From Chthoniobacteraceae bacterium (GTDB lineage: Bacteria; Verrucomicrobiota; Verrucomicrobiia; Chthoniobacterales; Chthoniobacteraceae): DNA of 64,000 bases. The notes under the pieces are model-generated. The model ran no database searches. It worked only from the letters and a program-made list of their open reading frames with translations, and had not been told where the DNA came from. Shown piece by piece: positions 29,428 through 38,592 of the stretch (positions are counted from its first letter, which is position 1; each line of letters begins with the position of its first letter). The stretch spans positions 32,001-96,000 of the forward strand of contig JBBCKI010000034.1 of the NCBI GenBank assembly GCA_037190965.1. The letters are read 5' to 3'. A program made the translations under genes and the position numbers.

Positions 29428-31725
29428 ATGAACTCAAAAGCTATGTCCAAACGTTCCCTATTCAGTACGCGGTTTGTGAGGGGGATCTCCTGTTGTTCGA
29501 TCGGGGCTGCTTTGCTTTTTACCACAGCGTTCAACGCGGGCGCTTTCGAAAATGCGGCGGACGCGATGAAGTCGGCTCGCGAGAAACTCAAGGCCTCGGA
29601 TTTTGTCGGGGCCTCCAAGGATGCCGACGAGGCCGCTCGTCTTGCCGGGGCTAATATCGCACAGCGTGCCGACGCGCTGTTTTTTAAGGCGCAGGTCGCG
29701 GAAGGTGAGAAGGACTATGCAAAAGCCTTGGCGGCGGTGGAGGCCGTTCTGGCCGAGCCGGAGCTCTCTCCAAATCATGCGTTTGGTGCAATCGTCAGGA
29801 AAGCTAACCTGCTTGGGAAGGAAGGGAAGAACGAGGAAGCGGCGAAGGTATTCCTCGACGCTGCCGCACACCCGAAGCTCCAAGCCCCCGCGGAAAAGTC
29901 GCGAGTTTTGAGTCAGTTCGCAGAGTTCCATGAGCGCAATAAGGAGCCAGAGAAAGCCGTGGAAATCTACGGGCAAATTCTGGCTGATGCCCAGACGCCG
30001 GTTTTATCGAAGGTCCACGCCCTGAGAAACCGGGCGAAGGTGAGGGTTAGCCAGTTTAAGTTCGACGAGGCGCAGGCCGACTATCAGGAAGCTCTTCGCA
30101 TTCCCGAACTCAAGACCCGGGATAGGGCGATTGTCCTGGGTGACGTTGCGCGAGCATTTTCAGCGCAGGGGGATTCGGAGAAGGCGCTGGAAACCTATGC
30201 CAAGATTCTTGAGGTTGAAGGCTTGACCGATGAGGACAAGAAGGTGGTTTCCGAACGCACTCGCGGGTTCTACAAAAACATCGGTGATGCCAAGCGGATG
30301 AAGAGCCTTCTGGAAGCCCTGGGCGGCGCGAAAACAGCCAGGGAATTTGCGTGGTTGCGTGACTACGCCCAAGTGGCGGAAGCATCGGGGCTTTTGATCG
30401 AGGCCGTCGATATTTGGGGGCAGGCGTTGGCGCTGCCTGAGCTTCCGCCAAAAAATTACACGGAGGCAGCCCTTGGAAAAATGACTTCTCTCGCATCACT
30501 CGGCAGGCGGGAAGAGTTGGCAAAGTTTGCAAGTGAGGTTGCCGAAAATGCGGCATTGGATGAAGAGAGCCGATTCTCTGCCTCACTGATCAAAGCATCG
30601 TTTTCGTCCGGTAAGCCCTCCGTGCTGGCGGCAGGGGCTCTCCCCAAGTCTTCGCTTGATGCTGAAAAGAAGGCAAAGGCATTCGATGTTGCCGGCAAGC
30701 TGCTGATGAGGGTGGGCGATTTTGAGAATGCACGTTTCCTGGGGCATCAGGCAGAAGCCATGTTCCAGAAACGCCCCGAAGTCGTTTACGAGTGCCGCTT
30801 TGTCGATCAAGCGCCCAGTGGCGTGACGGGTTGGTTTGGCTCTTCCATTTTCAAGGATCCCGGGAGCAGGGAGAGTCGTTTCGAGCCTTATAACCAGGCG
30901 GCGGCTGCGAATCTAATCAATGACGTGAACGTCACGCGAAGCGTCGTCAGTGACGGTAAGGCTGGAACGGGTAACGCAGCCTTTTACATGGCTGGGGACG
31001 CCCGGGGCTGGCATATCTTTATCGACTATAAAGATGACCAGATCGAACAAGCGATGGCGGGCCTGGTCGGCGGCGGCAACCTGGAGATGTATTTTACCCC
31101 TGGCAAAGGGGAGTGCTATTATCAATTCATGATCGATGTCCCCGGGGGCAAGACCACGTTTATTCCCTGGACCTCTCCCCATCGGAACTATCGCAAACTG
31201 GATGACTACCTGCAGACACAGATTGCTCCGGTCAAGGACGGGCTGGGAGTCTCCCTGTTTATCCCCTGGGAGGTGGTTTATGACAAGCTCCCCAAGGAGG
31301 GCGAACTGTGGCCGTTCGGGCTCATTAATTTCGCCCGTCAAGGCGGCTTTACATGGGGAAGCGGCCAGACGCATGAAATGAGCCGGTTCGGGAAGGTCCG
31401 ATTTGTAGGAATCGAAAAGGCCCTGCCTGCCATTCGTCGCGCCATCGTCATGAAGGCCTTCGCGAATTACAAAGAGTCGGTCAGGGGTGCCAGGAGGTTC
31501 TGGAACGACGAGGTCAAGGGCGATCGCGCCTTTTTCAACAATGTGCTTGTTCCCGAGATTGCAAAACTCGATGAGCTGGGCAAGCGGGTCACCCCGGATA
31601 TGAGTAAGGAGGATGTAGAATTGCTCTTTGCCCAGGCTGTCCCGAACTGGATGGAATTCAACTACCTTGTGGCCGAGTTGCGGACTCAGTTCTTGAATGA
31701 TCGGCTGTTCTCGCAGGCGAATTAA
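29428..31725 (+). CDS. Secreted TPR-repeat protein with C-terminal CBM9/DOMON-like domain
   Basis: Start re-called at ATG 29428; helical repeats (EKAVEIYGQIL, DEAQADYQEAL, EKALETYAKIL); C-terminal LEMYFTP..YYQF..IPW..P..G..W.F pattern. Confidence 0.7.
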   Translation: MNSKAMSKRSLFSTRFVRGISCCSIGAALLFTTAFNAGAFENAADAMKSAREKLKASDFVGASKDADEAARLAGANIAQRADALFFKAQVAEGEKDYAKALAAVEAVLAEPELSPNHAFGAIVRKANLLGKEGKNEEAAKVFLDAAAHPKLQAPAEKSRVLSQFAEFHERNKEPEKAVEIYGQILADAQTPVLSKVHALRNRAKVRVSQFKFDEAQADYQEALRIPELKTRDRAIVLGDVARAFSAQGDSEKALETYAKILEVEGLTDEDKKVVSERTRGFYKNIGDAKRMKSLLEALGGAKTAREFAWLRDYAQVAEASGLLIEAVDIWGQALALPELPPKNYTEAALGKMTSLASLGRREELAKFASEVAENAALDEESRFSASLIKASFSSGKPSVLAAGALPKSSLDAEKKAKAFDVAGKLLMRVGDFENARFLGHQAEAMFQKRPEVVYECRFVDQAPSGVTGWFGSSIFKDPGSRESRFEPYNQAAAANLINDVNVTRSVVSDGKAGTGNAAFYMAGDARGWHIFIDYKDDQIEQAMAGLVGGGNLEMYFTPGKGECYYQFMIDVPGGKTTFIPWTSPHRNYRKLDDYLQTQIAPVKDGLGVSLFIPWEVVYDKLPKEGELWPFGLINFARQGGFTWGSGQTHEMSRFGKVRFVGIEKALPAIRRAIVMKAFANYKESVRGARRFWNDEVKGDRAFFNNVLVPEIAKLDELGKRVTPDMSKEDVELLFAQAVPNWMEFNYLVAELRTQFLNDRLFSQAN

Positions 31726-31745
31726 AGAGACCGATATCCTATCGG

Positions 31746-31793
31746 AAAGCGGTGGTGGAACGGGGTTTTTCCGATCCTCCATCGCTTTTTTTT
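31746..31793 (+). terminator. Rho-independent terminator
   Basis: Imperfect long stem AAAGCGGTGGTGGAACGG...CCGATCCTCCATCGCTTT followed by a T-run. Confidence 0.65.
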
Positions 31794-31812
31794 GCCCAGA
31801 TCTCCTCGTCGA

Positions 31813-31852
31813 TTGACACTTGATTGATTTCGAGTGTAAATTCGATTTCACA
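31813..31852 (+). promoter_or_regulatory. Sigma70-like promoter with candidate LacI operator copy 4 over the -10 box
   Basis: TTGACA, 18-bp spacer, TAAATT; operator TGTAAATTCGATTTCACA at 31835-31852, 35 nt upstream of ATG 31888. Confidence 0.7.
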
Positions 31853-31887
31853 AACCGTTTTCCAGAACTTATTTCCCCTGTTCCCCC

Positions 31888-34800
31888 ATGAAGAAATCCG
31901 TTTCCCTACTCCTGTTTGTCTTGGGAGGTGCCTTGATCAACGCCAATGCAGCGTTGCCCCCCGGGGCCGAGGTCTCGCCGGCTGATAACTTGGTTGAAGA
32001 AAACGGCGTCATGGTTGCCAAGGAGCGGGTCAAGCTGAGCGTTCCCGTTCCGGAAGGTACGTCATCCATCGTCATCCTCGGCACCGCCGGCAGTGGGCTT
32101 GGATTAACCGCCGACTTGACCTGGAAGAACGGCGCCGACAGTCTCAGACTCCCGTTTCGGGTGGGGAACGACGGCGGGGATGATCAATTCATTGGATTCG
32201 CCGGGGGCAAGCGCCTGTTTATTCGCCCGAATCTTTACTACTATGCCACGGCGGCCCGCAAAAGTGCGCTCGTCTATCGCTGGGCCGACCTTCCGGCTGC
32301 CTCTTCGACTCCTCTAAAGATTGAGATCAGAGGCGGGGACGACAACGCCGAGGTTTGGTTGAACGGCCGCGTTATTGGTGATTTCACGGGACGCAAAGGT
32401 TTCGTCTCCCAAATCGATTTCAACCTCGATCTGGGCGCGACCATCAAAGACATCGTCTTTCAGCAAAAGGCACCCGCCAGCCGCTATCTCCCGTTGACGG
32501 TGGAAAACTTCGCGCGGCCGGCGAACTGGGAGGAAGTCATGGGTACGATGTCCGTTCCCGATGCCATGAGCGATGCCAAGCTTTCCGTCAATCCGGGGAT
32601 GAACACTCTGGACGGCATTCCTGTTGAGGTCGCCGGGCGGAACGTCAATCTTTCTCACATGGGGTTTCTGGCCTGTCCTTCCGACGACGGTTCGAGCTCC
32701 TTCTGGCGGCGCAGCACGCTTGATGGTTTGCCTGAGGCCTGCATTATCTCCGTACCCCTGGATACCTATGCTTCGGCCTACATCCTCTGCGCGGCCAGCG
32801 AAGATGACGAATCGAAGATTCCGGAGTTCACGGTCCGTCTTTCGCGGAATGCAAACGGGCGGGGCGATGCGCTCGCAGATACCCGCGTTGTGCTGCCGCG
32901 CGACGGCACGGAAACCGCCGACGCGAAGAAGGTCGGCGTTGTTGACTATAACGGTACTGGCGGAAGCAAGAAAGTGCCGCTCTGGCTGGTGCGCGTTCCG
33001 CTCAAAAGCGGGTTGATCCAGGACGTCATGCGCGAGAATGAGGAAGATTATGGCTATAGCGTTCCTCTCTTGAACTCACGTTATCTCGACATTGAGTTGA
33101 TGGAACCGGTGGACGGCTCCGAGGAAGAGGCCCCGTTCCCCACCGATCCCGAAGCGGTTACCCGCCGCAAGTTGCTCCCCAGTGGGCTTCGGACTTCCGT
33201 CCACGTCTTCGGGCTGACGCTCGAGAAAAGCCCTGTCGAGCTGGTCATGCGATCCAACGTTCCGGGCTTTGCTTTTTATGAAGCCGAAAACCCGGCCTTG
33301 AAGGCGGAGTTGAATATCCGTGAAGCGGGTAAGTACACCGTCGAATGGAACTTTGCCGACGTCGATGGGAAGATCGCCGCCACCGGAAGCAAGGAGATCG
33401 ACGCGGCGGGAGCGAAGAACGAGGTTGTCGAGATTCCGCTCAAGGTGGGGAACGGCTGGTATGCGTCGCAGGTCAAACTGCGGGATGCCTCCGGTCGGGA
33501 TCTTGTCGATAATCGGGGCTCGTTTGTCATGTTGCCTCCCGATACCCGTCAGGCGGGGAGGGAATCGCCATATGGGACGTGGTGGTTCAACTGGGCACAC
33601 GGGGGCACCCTGGATTACGTCAACGTGGGAAGAATGTTCGAGCGCGCGGGGCTTCGTCATACCATGCTCAAGTCCGACACGGTGATGGTGAACAGCAAAG
33701 TGACCACCTGGTGCGTCCCGTGGAAGCAACCTTCCATCGAAAATTGGGTCGGCGGCCTGGAGGCGCATATCCGCAAGCATGTGGAGGCGACGCCGGAGGT
33801 GACCACGGTCATGATTCACCACGAGACCGACAGCTATGACGGCAGGTTCCCCAGCGAGCTTTGGGGAGAGGAACCGCCGGCCCGTTCGGAGAAATCCCAG
33901 GCCGCCTGGGAGTTGCGGATGCAGTACCTTATTCCCGGTCTTAAGATGATTCGGGAGGAGTTTCCCCAGCTTAAAATTCAGTTCGGAAACACGGGCGACA
34001 GTTGCGCCATTGTCGCTGAATTGTTCCGCATGGGCCTTCCCAAGGAGTATGTCGATTACATCGCGGTGGAGGATCTCGGTCAGATGATCATGCCTGAAAG
34101 GCCCGTAACGGGCGGCGTGCAGTCGGCCTGGTACCTGCGGGAGACCGCCCGTCACTTCGGGTATAACGACGCAAAAATCACGGGCTGTTACGAGTGGATC
34201 GGGCGCATGCACACGAAGCTGGGCCTCAAGCTACAGGCTGAGTACTACATTCGCGACGTGCTCCATGCTCGCGCTTATGGCTTCCACACTATCGCTCCCG
34301 GGGCTATCCATGACGCCGGGCAAGCGTACTTCCACAGCATTTGGGGCAACGGCGCTTTCTGCTATCGCTATCCCTACATGTATCCGAAGCCGTCGTATGC
34401 GGCGATGGCAACGCACACCCGGGTCTTGGACTCCACCAAGTTCACTCGCATGACGCCGACGGGATCGACCTCGCTCTACGCGCTGGAATTTGAACGCAAC
34501 GGCGAGTGGGTCTATGCGCTCTGGACGCCCCGTGGCGAACGCGAGACCAAGATGACGTTCCCGGCCGACGCGGAGGTTGTCGTTACCGATCTCTATGGAC
34601 GTGAAGAGAAGCTTAAGGGGGCGACAATCACGCTTACTGCCGGCACCGGCGCGAAGTATGTGACCTCCAAGGCGAAGGTTGTCAGTGTTGAATCCGGGAA
34701 ATCCGCTTTCCCGAACGAACCGGCCGCGCCCGCGACTGCCACCCTCGTCGATTCCCTGGAGACCGAAGGCAGCTTCAAGCTGGATCCCGGCCTGGGGCAG

Positions 34801-35286
34801 CAACGCCTCAGGGGATTGAATTTCCCGCATCGGAAAGCCGGGAATTTCGAGGTCCGCCCTGTGGTGGATGAGGAAAAAGGAAATTGCATGGAGCTTGAAC
34901 TGATTCCTCAGGGAACTCTTTCCTGGCCTGCGCTCCAGGAGCAGGTTTGGCTCAAGTTCCCTTACCCTCAGCCCCATTCCGCCGGCCCTTACAAGCATGT
35001 GGGCCTCTGGGTAAAGGGGAACTCATCGTTCGGAGAAGTAAACATTGAGGTCATCGGGTATGGCGATAAGCACACCGTGCTTTATCCCGATATCAAAGGA
35101 TCGGGCTTTATCAACTTCGATGGATGGACCTTTATGCGGTTCAAGCTTCCCGAAGGGAAGGAATGGACCGCCGATATCGCGGTGGACGGGATCTTCGTGA
35201 CGACCGGACGGCAGGTTCTTTACGGAACGGAATTTACCCCGGTACAGAATCTCAAGCTGCGATTCAAGGATCTCACCCTGTTCTAA
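31888..35286 (+). CDS. Large secreted putative clan GH-A-like glycoside hydrolase (paralog of 21115-25242)
   Basis: Signal peptide; SPYGTWWF, HHET, GCYEW, YPKPSYAA, PTGSTSLYALEF, WVKGNS and NFDGW shared with the paralog. Confidence 0.6.
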   Translation: MKKSVSLLLFVLGGALINANAALPPGAEVSPADNLVEENGVMVAKERVKLSVPVPEGTSSIVILGTAGSGLGLTADLTWKNGADSLRLPFRVGNDGGDDQFIGFAGGKRLFIRPNLYYYATAARKSALVYRWADLPAASSTPLKIEIRGGDDNAEVWLNGRVIGDFTGRKGFVSQIDFNLDLGATIKDIVFQQKAPASRYLPLTVENFARPANWEEVMGTMSVPDAMSDAKLSVNPGMNTLDGIPVEVAGRNVNLSHMGFLACPSDDGSSSFWRRSTLDGLPEACIISVPLDTYASAYILCAASEDDESKIPEFTVRLSRNANGRGDALADTRVVLPRDGTETADAKKVGVVDYNGTGGSKKVPLWLVRVPLKSGLIQDVMRENEEDYGYSVPLLNSRYLDIELMEPVDGSEEEAPFPTDPEAVTRRKLLPSGLRTSVHVFGLTLEKSPVELVMRSNVPGFAFYEAENPALKAELNIREAGKYTVEWNFADVDGKIAATGSKEIDAAGAKNEVVEIPLKVGNGWYASQVKLRDASGRDLVDNRGSFVMLPPDTRQAGRESPYGTWWFNWAHGGTLDYVNVGRMFERAGLRHTMLKSDTVMVNSKVTTWCVPWKQPSIENWVGGLEAHIRKHVEATPEVTTVMIHHETDSYDGRFPSELWGEEPPARSEKSQAAWELRMQYLIPGLKMIREEFPQLKIQFGNTGDSCAIVAELFRMGLPKEYVDYIAVEDLGQMIMPERPVTGGVQSAWYLRETARHFGYNDAKITGCYEWIGRMHTKLGLKLQAEYYIRDVLHARAYGFHTIAPGAIHDAGQAYFHSIWGNGAFCYRYPYMYPKPSYAAMATHTRVLDSTKFTRMTPTGSTSLYALEFERNGEWVYALWTPRGERETKMTFPADAEVVVTDLYGREEKLKGATITLTAGTGAKYVTSKAKVVSVESGKSAFPNEPAAPATATLVDSLETEGSFKLDPGLGQQRLRGLNFPHRKAGNFEVRPVVDEEKGNCMELELIPQGTLSWPALQEQVWLKFPYPQPHSAGPYKHVGLWVKGNSSFGEVNIEVIGYGDKHTVLYPDIKGSGFINFDGWTFMRFKLPEGKEWTADIAVDGIFVTTGRQVLYGTEFTPVQNLKLRFKDLTLF

Positions 35287-35301
35287 CCCCCATTCCATCG
35301 C

Positions 35302-36282
35302 ATGAAAACTTACTTCCGCTTCGGCAGAGCCGCTTCGGCTTTCGTGTCCACCTTGTTTTGCTCAGCTCTGATGCCGGCCAACGGTATCGCGGGCGACGCA
35401 TCGGTGATTGAAAAGACCCCCGGCCTGGTGGCCTTCTGGACCTTTGGCGAAGAGCAGGATCAGCCCCGGGTTTCCCAAGGCACCAAAGAGAAGCATCCGC
35501 TTACAGTTTTCAATGGACCTATTCCGCGCGTAGAAGGGGGGCCTTTCTCGGGCTACTCCGCGAAGCTCGATGGCGCGCGATATTTTCATATCAAGCATCA
35601 GGAATTGGGCGATTTGAACATCTGCGGCCCCGATGCCCAGGTGACTCTTTTCGCGGTGGTCTATATCGAGGACGTTGAGAAAAGCCGCACCATCGCGGGG
35701 ATCTGGACGGAGGGCAAGGGGTATGGCGACAACACCGGCACTCGTCAATGGTCGCTTCTATTGCACATGCCTGCTTATGGAGGTCATCGCCGGGTCGTCC
35801 CTCATGTCTCCAGTGAAGGGGGGACCACCCATCGCGACGATGGGTCGCGGCTGCCCTGGAATGCGGACTATGCATCGTCCGTTTCGGAAGTCCCCGAAGG
35901 CCGGTGGTGTACGATGGGATTCACCTACGACTCCAAGTGGGTTCGCGCCTATCTCAACGGAGTCATGGAGCCGCGTGAGCCCGATCCGGAGAAGGACAAC
36001 CGCACCGACCGTTATTTCACCAGCGAAGGGCCCAACGGAGGTAATCGCGGCATGAACCCGTATTACCACGGGCGGGGGATTTTCAAGTACGACCCCGACT
36101 TGCATGCTGACAAGCTGGATCCGGCCGATTTCACCGTCGGCGCGCGCCAGGCAGGCGGCACGATGTTCAGCGAAGCGTTCCGTGGGAAGTTCGGGGCTTT
36201 GGCCATTTTCGATCGCGCCTTGACCGATGCCGAAATGCAAGCGTTGCATGACGCTGCCGCCGTTCATACGATCAAGCCCTGA
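35302..36282 (+). CDS. Secreted LamG-like (concanavalin A jelly-roll) protein
   Basis: PGLVAFWTFGE; W....FTYD....RAYLNG; F.G......IFDRALTDAEM. Confidence 0.8.
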   Translation: MKTYFRFGRAASAFVSTLFCSALMPANGIAGDASVIEKTPGLVAFWTFGEEQDQPRVSQGTKEKHPLTVFNGPIPRVEGGPFSGYSAKLDGARYFHIKHQELGDLNICGPDAQVTLFAVVYIEDVEKSRTIAGIWTEGKGYGDNTGTRQWSLLLHMPAYGGHRRVVPHVSSEGGTTHRDDGSRLPWNADYASSVSEVPEGRWCTMGFTYDSKWVRAYLNGVMEPREPDPEKDNRTDRYFTSEGPNGGNRGMNPYYHGRGIFKYDPDLHADKLDPADFTVGARQAGGTMFSEAFRGKFGALAIFDRALTDAEMQALHDAAAVHTIKP

Positions 36283-36390
36283 TTTCGCGACGCAAATTCC
36301 CTTCAATTCATGATGCAGGGCGGGGGTATTGGTCCCGGCCGTTGGTCCCGCTTGTTTAGCTAATTTGCAATCCCTTCGATTCATCAGGAT

Positions 36391-38562
36391 ATGACAACTT
36401 CCTCGCGAAAGTGTATCCAGCTCCCGCCGTGCGGTATTTTTGTGGGCTCGGGAATCATGAATTCCGTTCCCGACTACCTCGTCTGCTCGGGACGCATGCA
36501 CACGACCTGGGTTCCCCAGTTGTTTTCGCCATTGGAGCTCCTCGATAAAGTGATCGAGGACAACCAGGGAAACCTGGTCCAGTATTGGGGCTTCGATGGA
36601 GGCGGTGCCCCCGTTACCTATGCGCGGCATCGGGCCCTGGAAGATCTCGGGATGGTCGCCCCGGAGCCGGATTGGGAGAATCTCAAGAATCTGCGCGTGA
36701 CCGATTGGATCGACCCTCAGCAATACAAAGGCCGGTCGGGCGCGGGCGTCGTCAAGCTGATCAAAGCCGCGCGGGAGAAGGGGATCTACATCGCCTTGAT
36801 CTACACCCAGGCGACTCCGGAATGGTCGGCTCAATTTGTTGAAGCCGGTGGCAATCACTACCTGGGGTACGACTTCGGCGAGAGTTTTTCGTTTGGCCTC
36901 TGGGAGGACCACGTTACCCCCGAGGCGTTGGACAAGGTCACCCTCCGGACACTGGCGGACGATCTGATGAAGCGTGTGAGCGATCACGTGGACCAGCGGC
37001 ACGCCACCGGCTGGGGCAACGTGATGGCGACGAGTTCCAACTTCCATCTCGACTACGAAATCGCCGCCGGAGCCGACGTGCCGATGGTGGAGGATTTCGC
37101 CTTTAAGCACCTCAATCTTTCCTCCGCTTTGTCCCGGGGGCTTTACCGCCAGTATCAGCTTCCGATCTGGGGTTCCCACCTCGCGCACGAGCACTATTCC
37201 TGGATCCCATACTCCAGCGAGCACAAGTTCGCCCTGCTGCGGGCGTCGATGTACCACAAGTACATGGCGGGGAGCAAAGCGATCATCAACGAGAGCGGCG
37301 GCTGGTATCTTGAGGCGCAACTCGTGACCGATTCGCCGATGTTCGAGACCCCGCGCGTCGAACTCGGGCCCTTAAACGTCCGCGATCCTGAACTCGTCGC
37401 GCCTTACGTTAAAGAAGCACGCAAGACCTACGGGAAGATCAACTACCACTCACCGACGGCGAAGAGCTACCGGAAGGAAATTTCGGATTTCTACGACTTC
37501 GTCAAAGCCAATGGGACCCCCGCAGGGCAGCCGGAGGCCACCCTTGGCGTCATCAAGGGCAATCTCGACCTCGGCGGCGAACAGCATTGGCCCAACAGCG
37601 CCATCGCGGGAGTTTTCTCGCTCGCCGATCACGATCCCCGCTGGTACAGCGGCCAGCCGGAGCGCGGCTGGAACATCGTCACGCAGGTCTTCTTTCCACG
37701 GCCTCCCGTATTGGGGCCCTGGCACAATCTGTTTCTTTCCGGAACTCCTTACGGGCAGGTCGATGTGGTCAGCTTTGCCAAGGACAATGTCGATGCGGAC
37801 TTCCTTGGCACGCAATACAAGGCTCTGCTGTTTGCAGGCTGGAACACCGCCTCGGAGAAACAGTACACCGAGCTGTGCCGATACGTGGAAAATGGAGGAA
37901 TTCTCTTCCTCTCGCTGCCGCATCTCTCCACCAATGAACGCAGGAATTATTCAACCTTCGGGGTGGAAGAGCTGGTGCGCGGAGGCGATTTCTCGGAGCT
38001 CTGCGGCGTCCGTGTGAAGGGAAAGGGCCGCAGGTTCTACTGGGCCACCGCGCCGGATCGCAAGGGTGAACTCGGCTTCGAGTTTCCCCGCCGCTTTGGC
38101 ATCCTGAGCACCTGCATGGGCGACGTCGAGGTGACCGACCCTACTGTCGAATTCCTCGCGGTTGACGACGAGAATATGGATCTCCCTGTCTTGCTGCGGC
38201 GCAAGCTGGGCAAGGGAGAGGTCTACTTCCTTAATACCTGGGCTTATCCCGGCGTCACCGATGCCGATTATGGCCCGGGTGCCACGATGGATTCCCCGGG
38301 GCTGGCAGGGTATGTCTATCGGCATATCGCCCGCAAGGTGAGGGGATCGGTCTGGATCACCGATGACGGCTGCGACGCCGGGCGGGAGTGCGGCTTTGTT
38401 TCCTACTCTTACTTCCCGGAAGACGGGACGATCTGTCTTCAGAATATCGATTTCGATCACCCTCACCGAATTGTTCTCCATCGTTTTGGAAAGACGGAGT
38501 CTGTGGAGCTCGCCGCCGGAGAATTCCGTTTGCTGAAGTCCGCAGATCAGCCGATCGCATAG
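36391..38562 (+). CDS. Cytoplasmic hypothetical protein, GH42-like architecture (paralog of 25392-27563)
   Basis: Long near-identical blocks with the paralog (GWGNVMATS, SALSRGLYRQY, AHEHYSWIP, KYMAG.K.IINESG). Confidence 0.55.
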   Translation: MTTSSRKCIQLPPCGIFVGSGIMNSVPDYLVCSGRMHTTWVPQLFSPLELLDKVIEDNQGNLVQYWGFDGGGAPVTYARHRALEDLGMVAPEPDWENLKNLRVTDWIDPQQYKGRSGAGVVKLIKAAREKGIYIALIYTQATPEWSAQFVEAGGNHYLGYDFGESFSFGLWEDHVTPEALDKVTLRTLADDLMKRVSDHVDQRHATGWGNVMATSSNFHLDYEIAAGADVPMVEDFAFKHLNLSSALSRGLYRQYQLPIWGSHLAHEHYSWIPYSSEHKFALLRASMYHKYMAGSKAIINESGGWYLEAQLVTDSPMFETPRVELGPLNVRDPELVAPYVKEARKTYGKINYHSPTAKSYRKEISDFYDFVKANGTPAGQPEATLGVIKGNLDLGGEQHWPNSAIAGVFSLADHDPRWYSGQPERGWNIVTQVFFPRPPVLGPWHNLFLSGTPYGQVDVVSFAKDNVDADFLGTQYKALLFAGWNTASEKQYTELCRYVENGGILFLSLPHLSTNERRNYSTFGVEELVRGGDFSELCGVRVKGKGRRFYWATAPDRKGELGFEFPRRFGILSTCMGDVEVTDPTVEFLAVDDENMDLPVLLRRKLGKGEVYFLNTWAYPGVTDADYGPGATMDSPGLAGYVYRHIARKVRGSVWITDDGCDAGRECGFVSYSYFPEDGTICLQNIDFDHPHRIVLHRFGKTESVELAAGEFRLLKSADQPIA

Positions 38563-38592
38563 GTTTACCGCTTCTACGACATCCCTCTTTTT

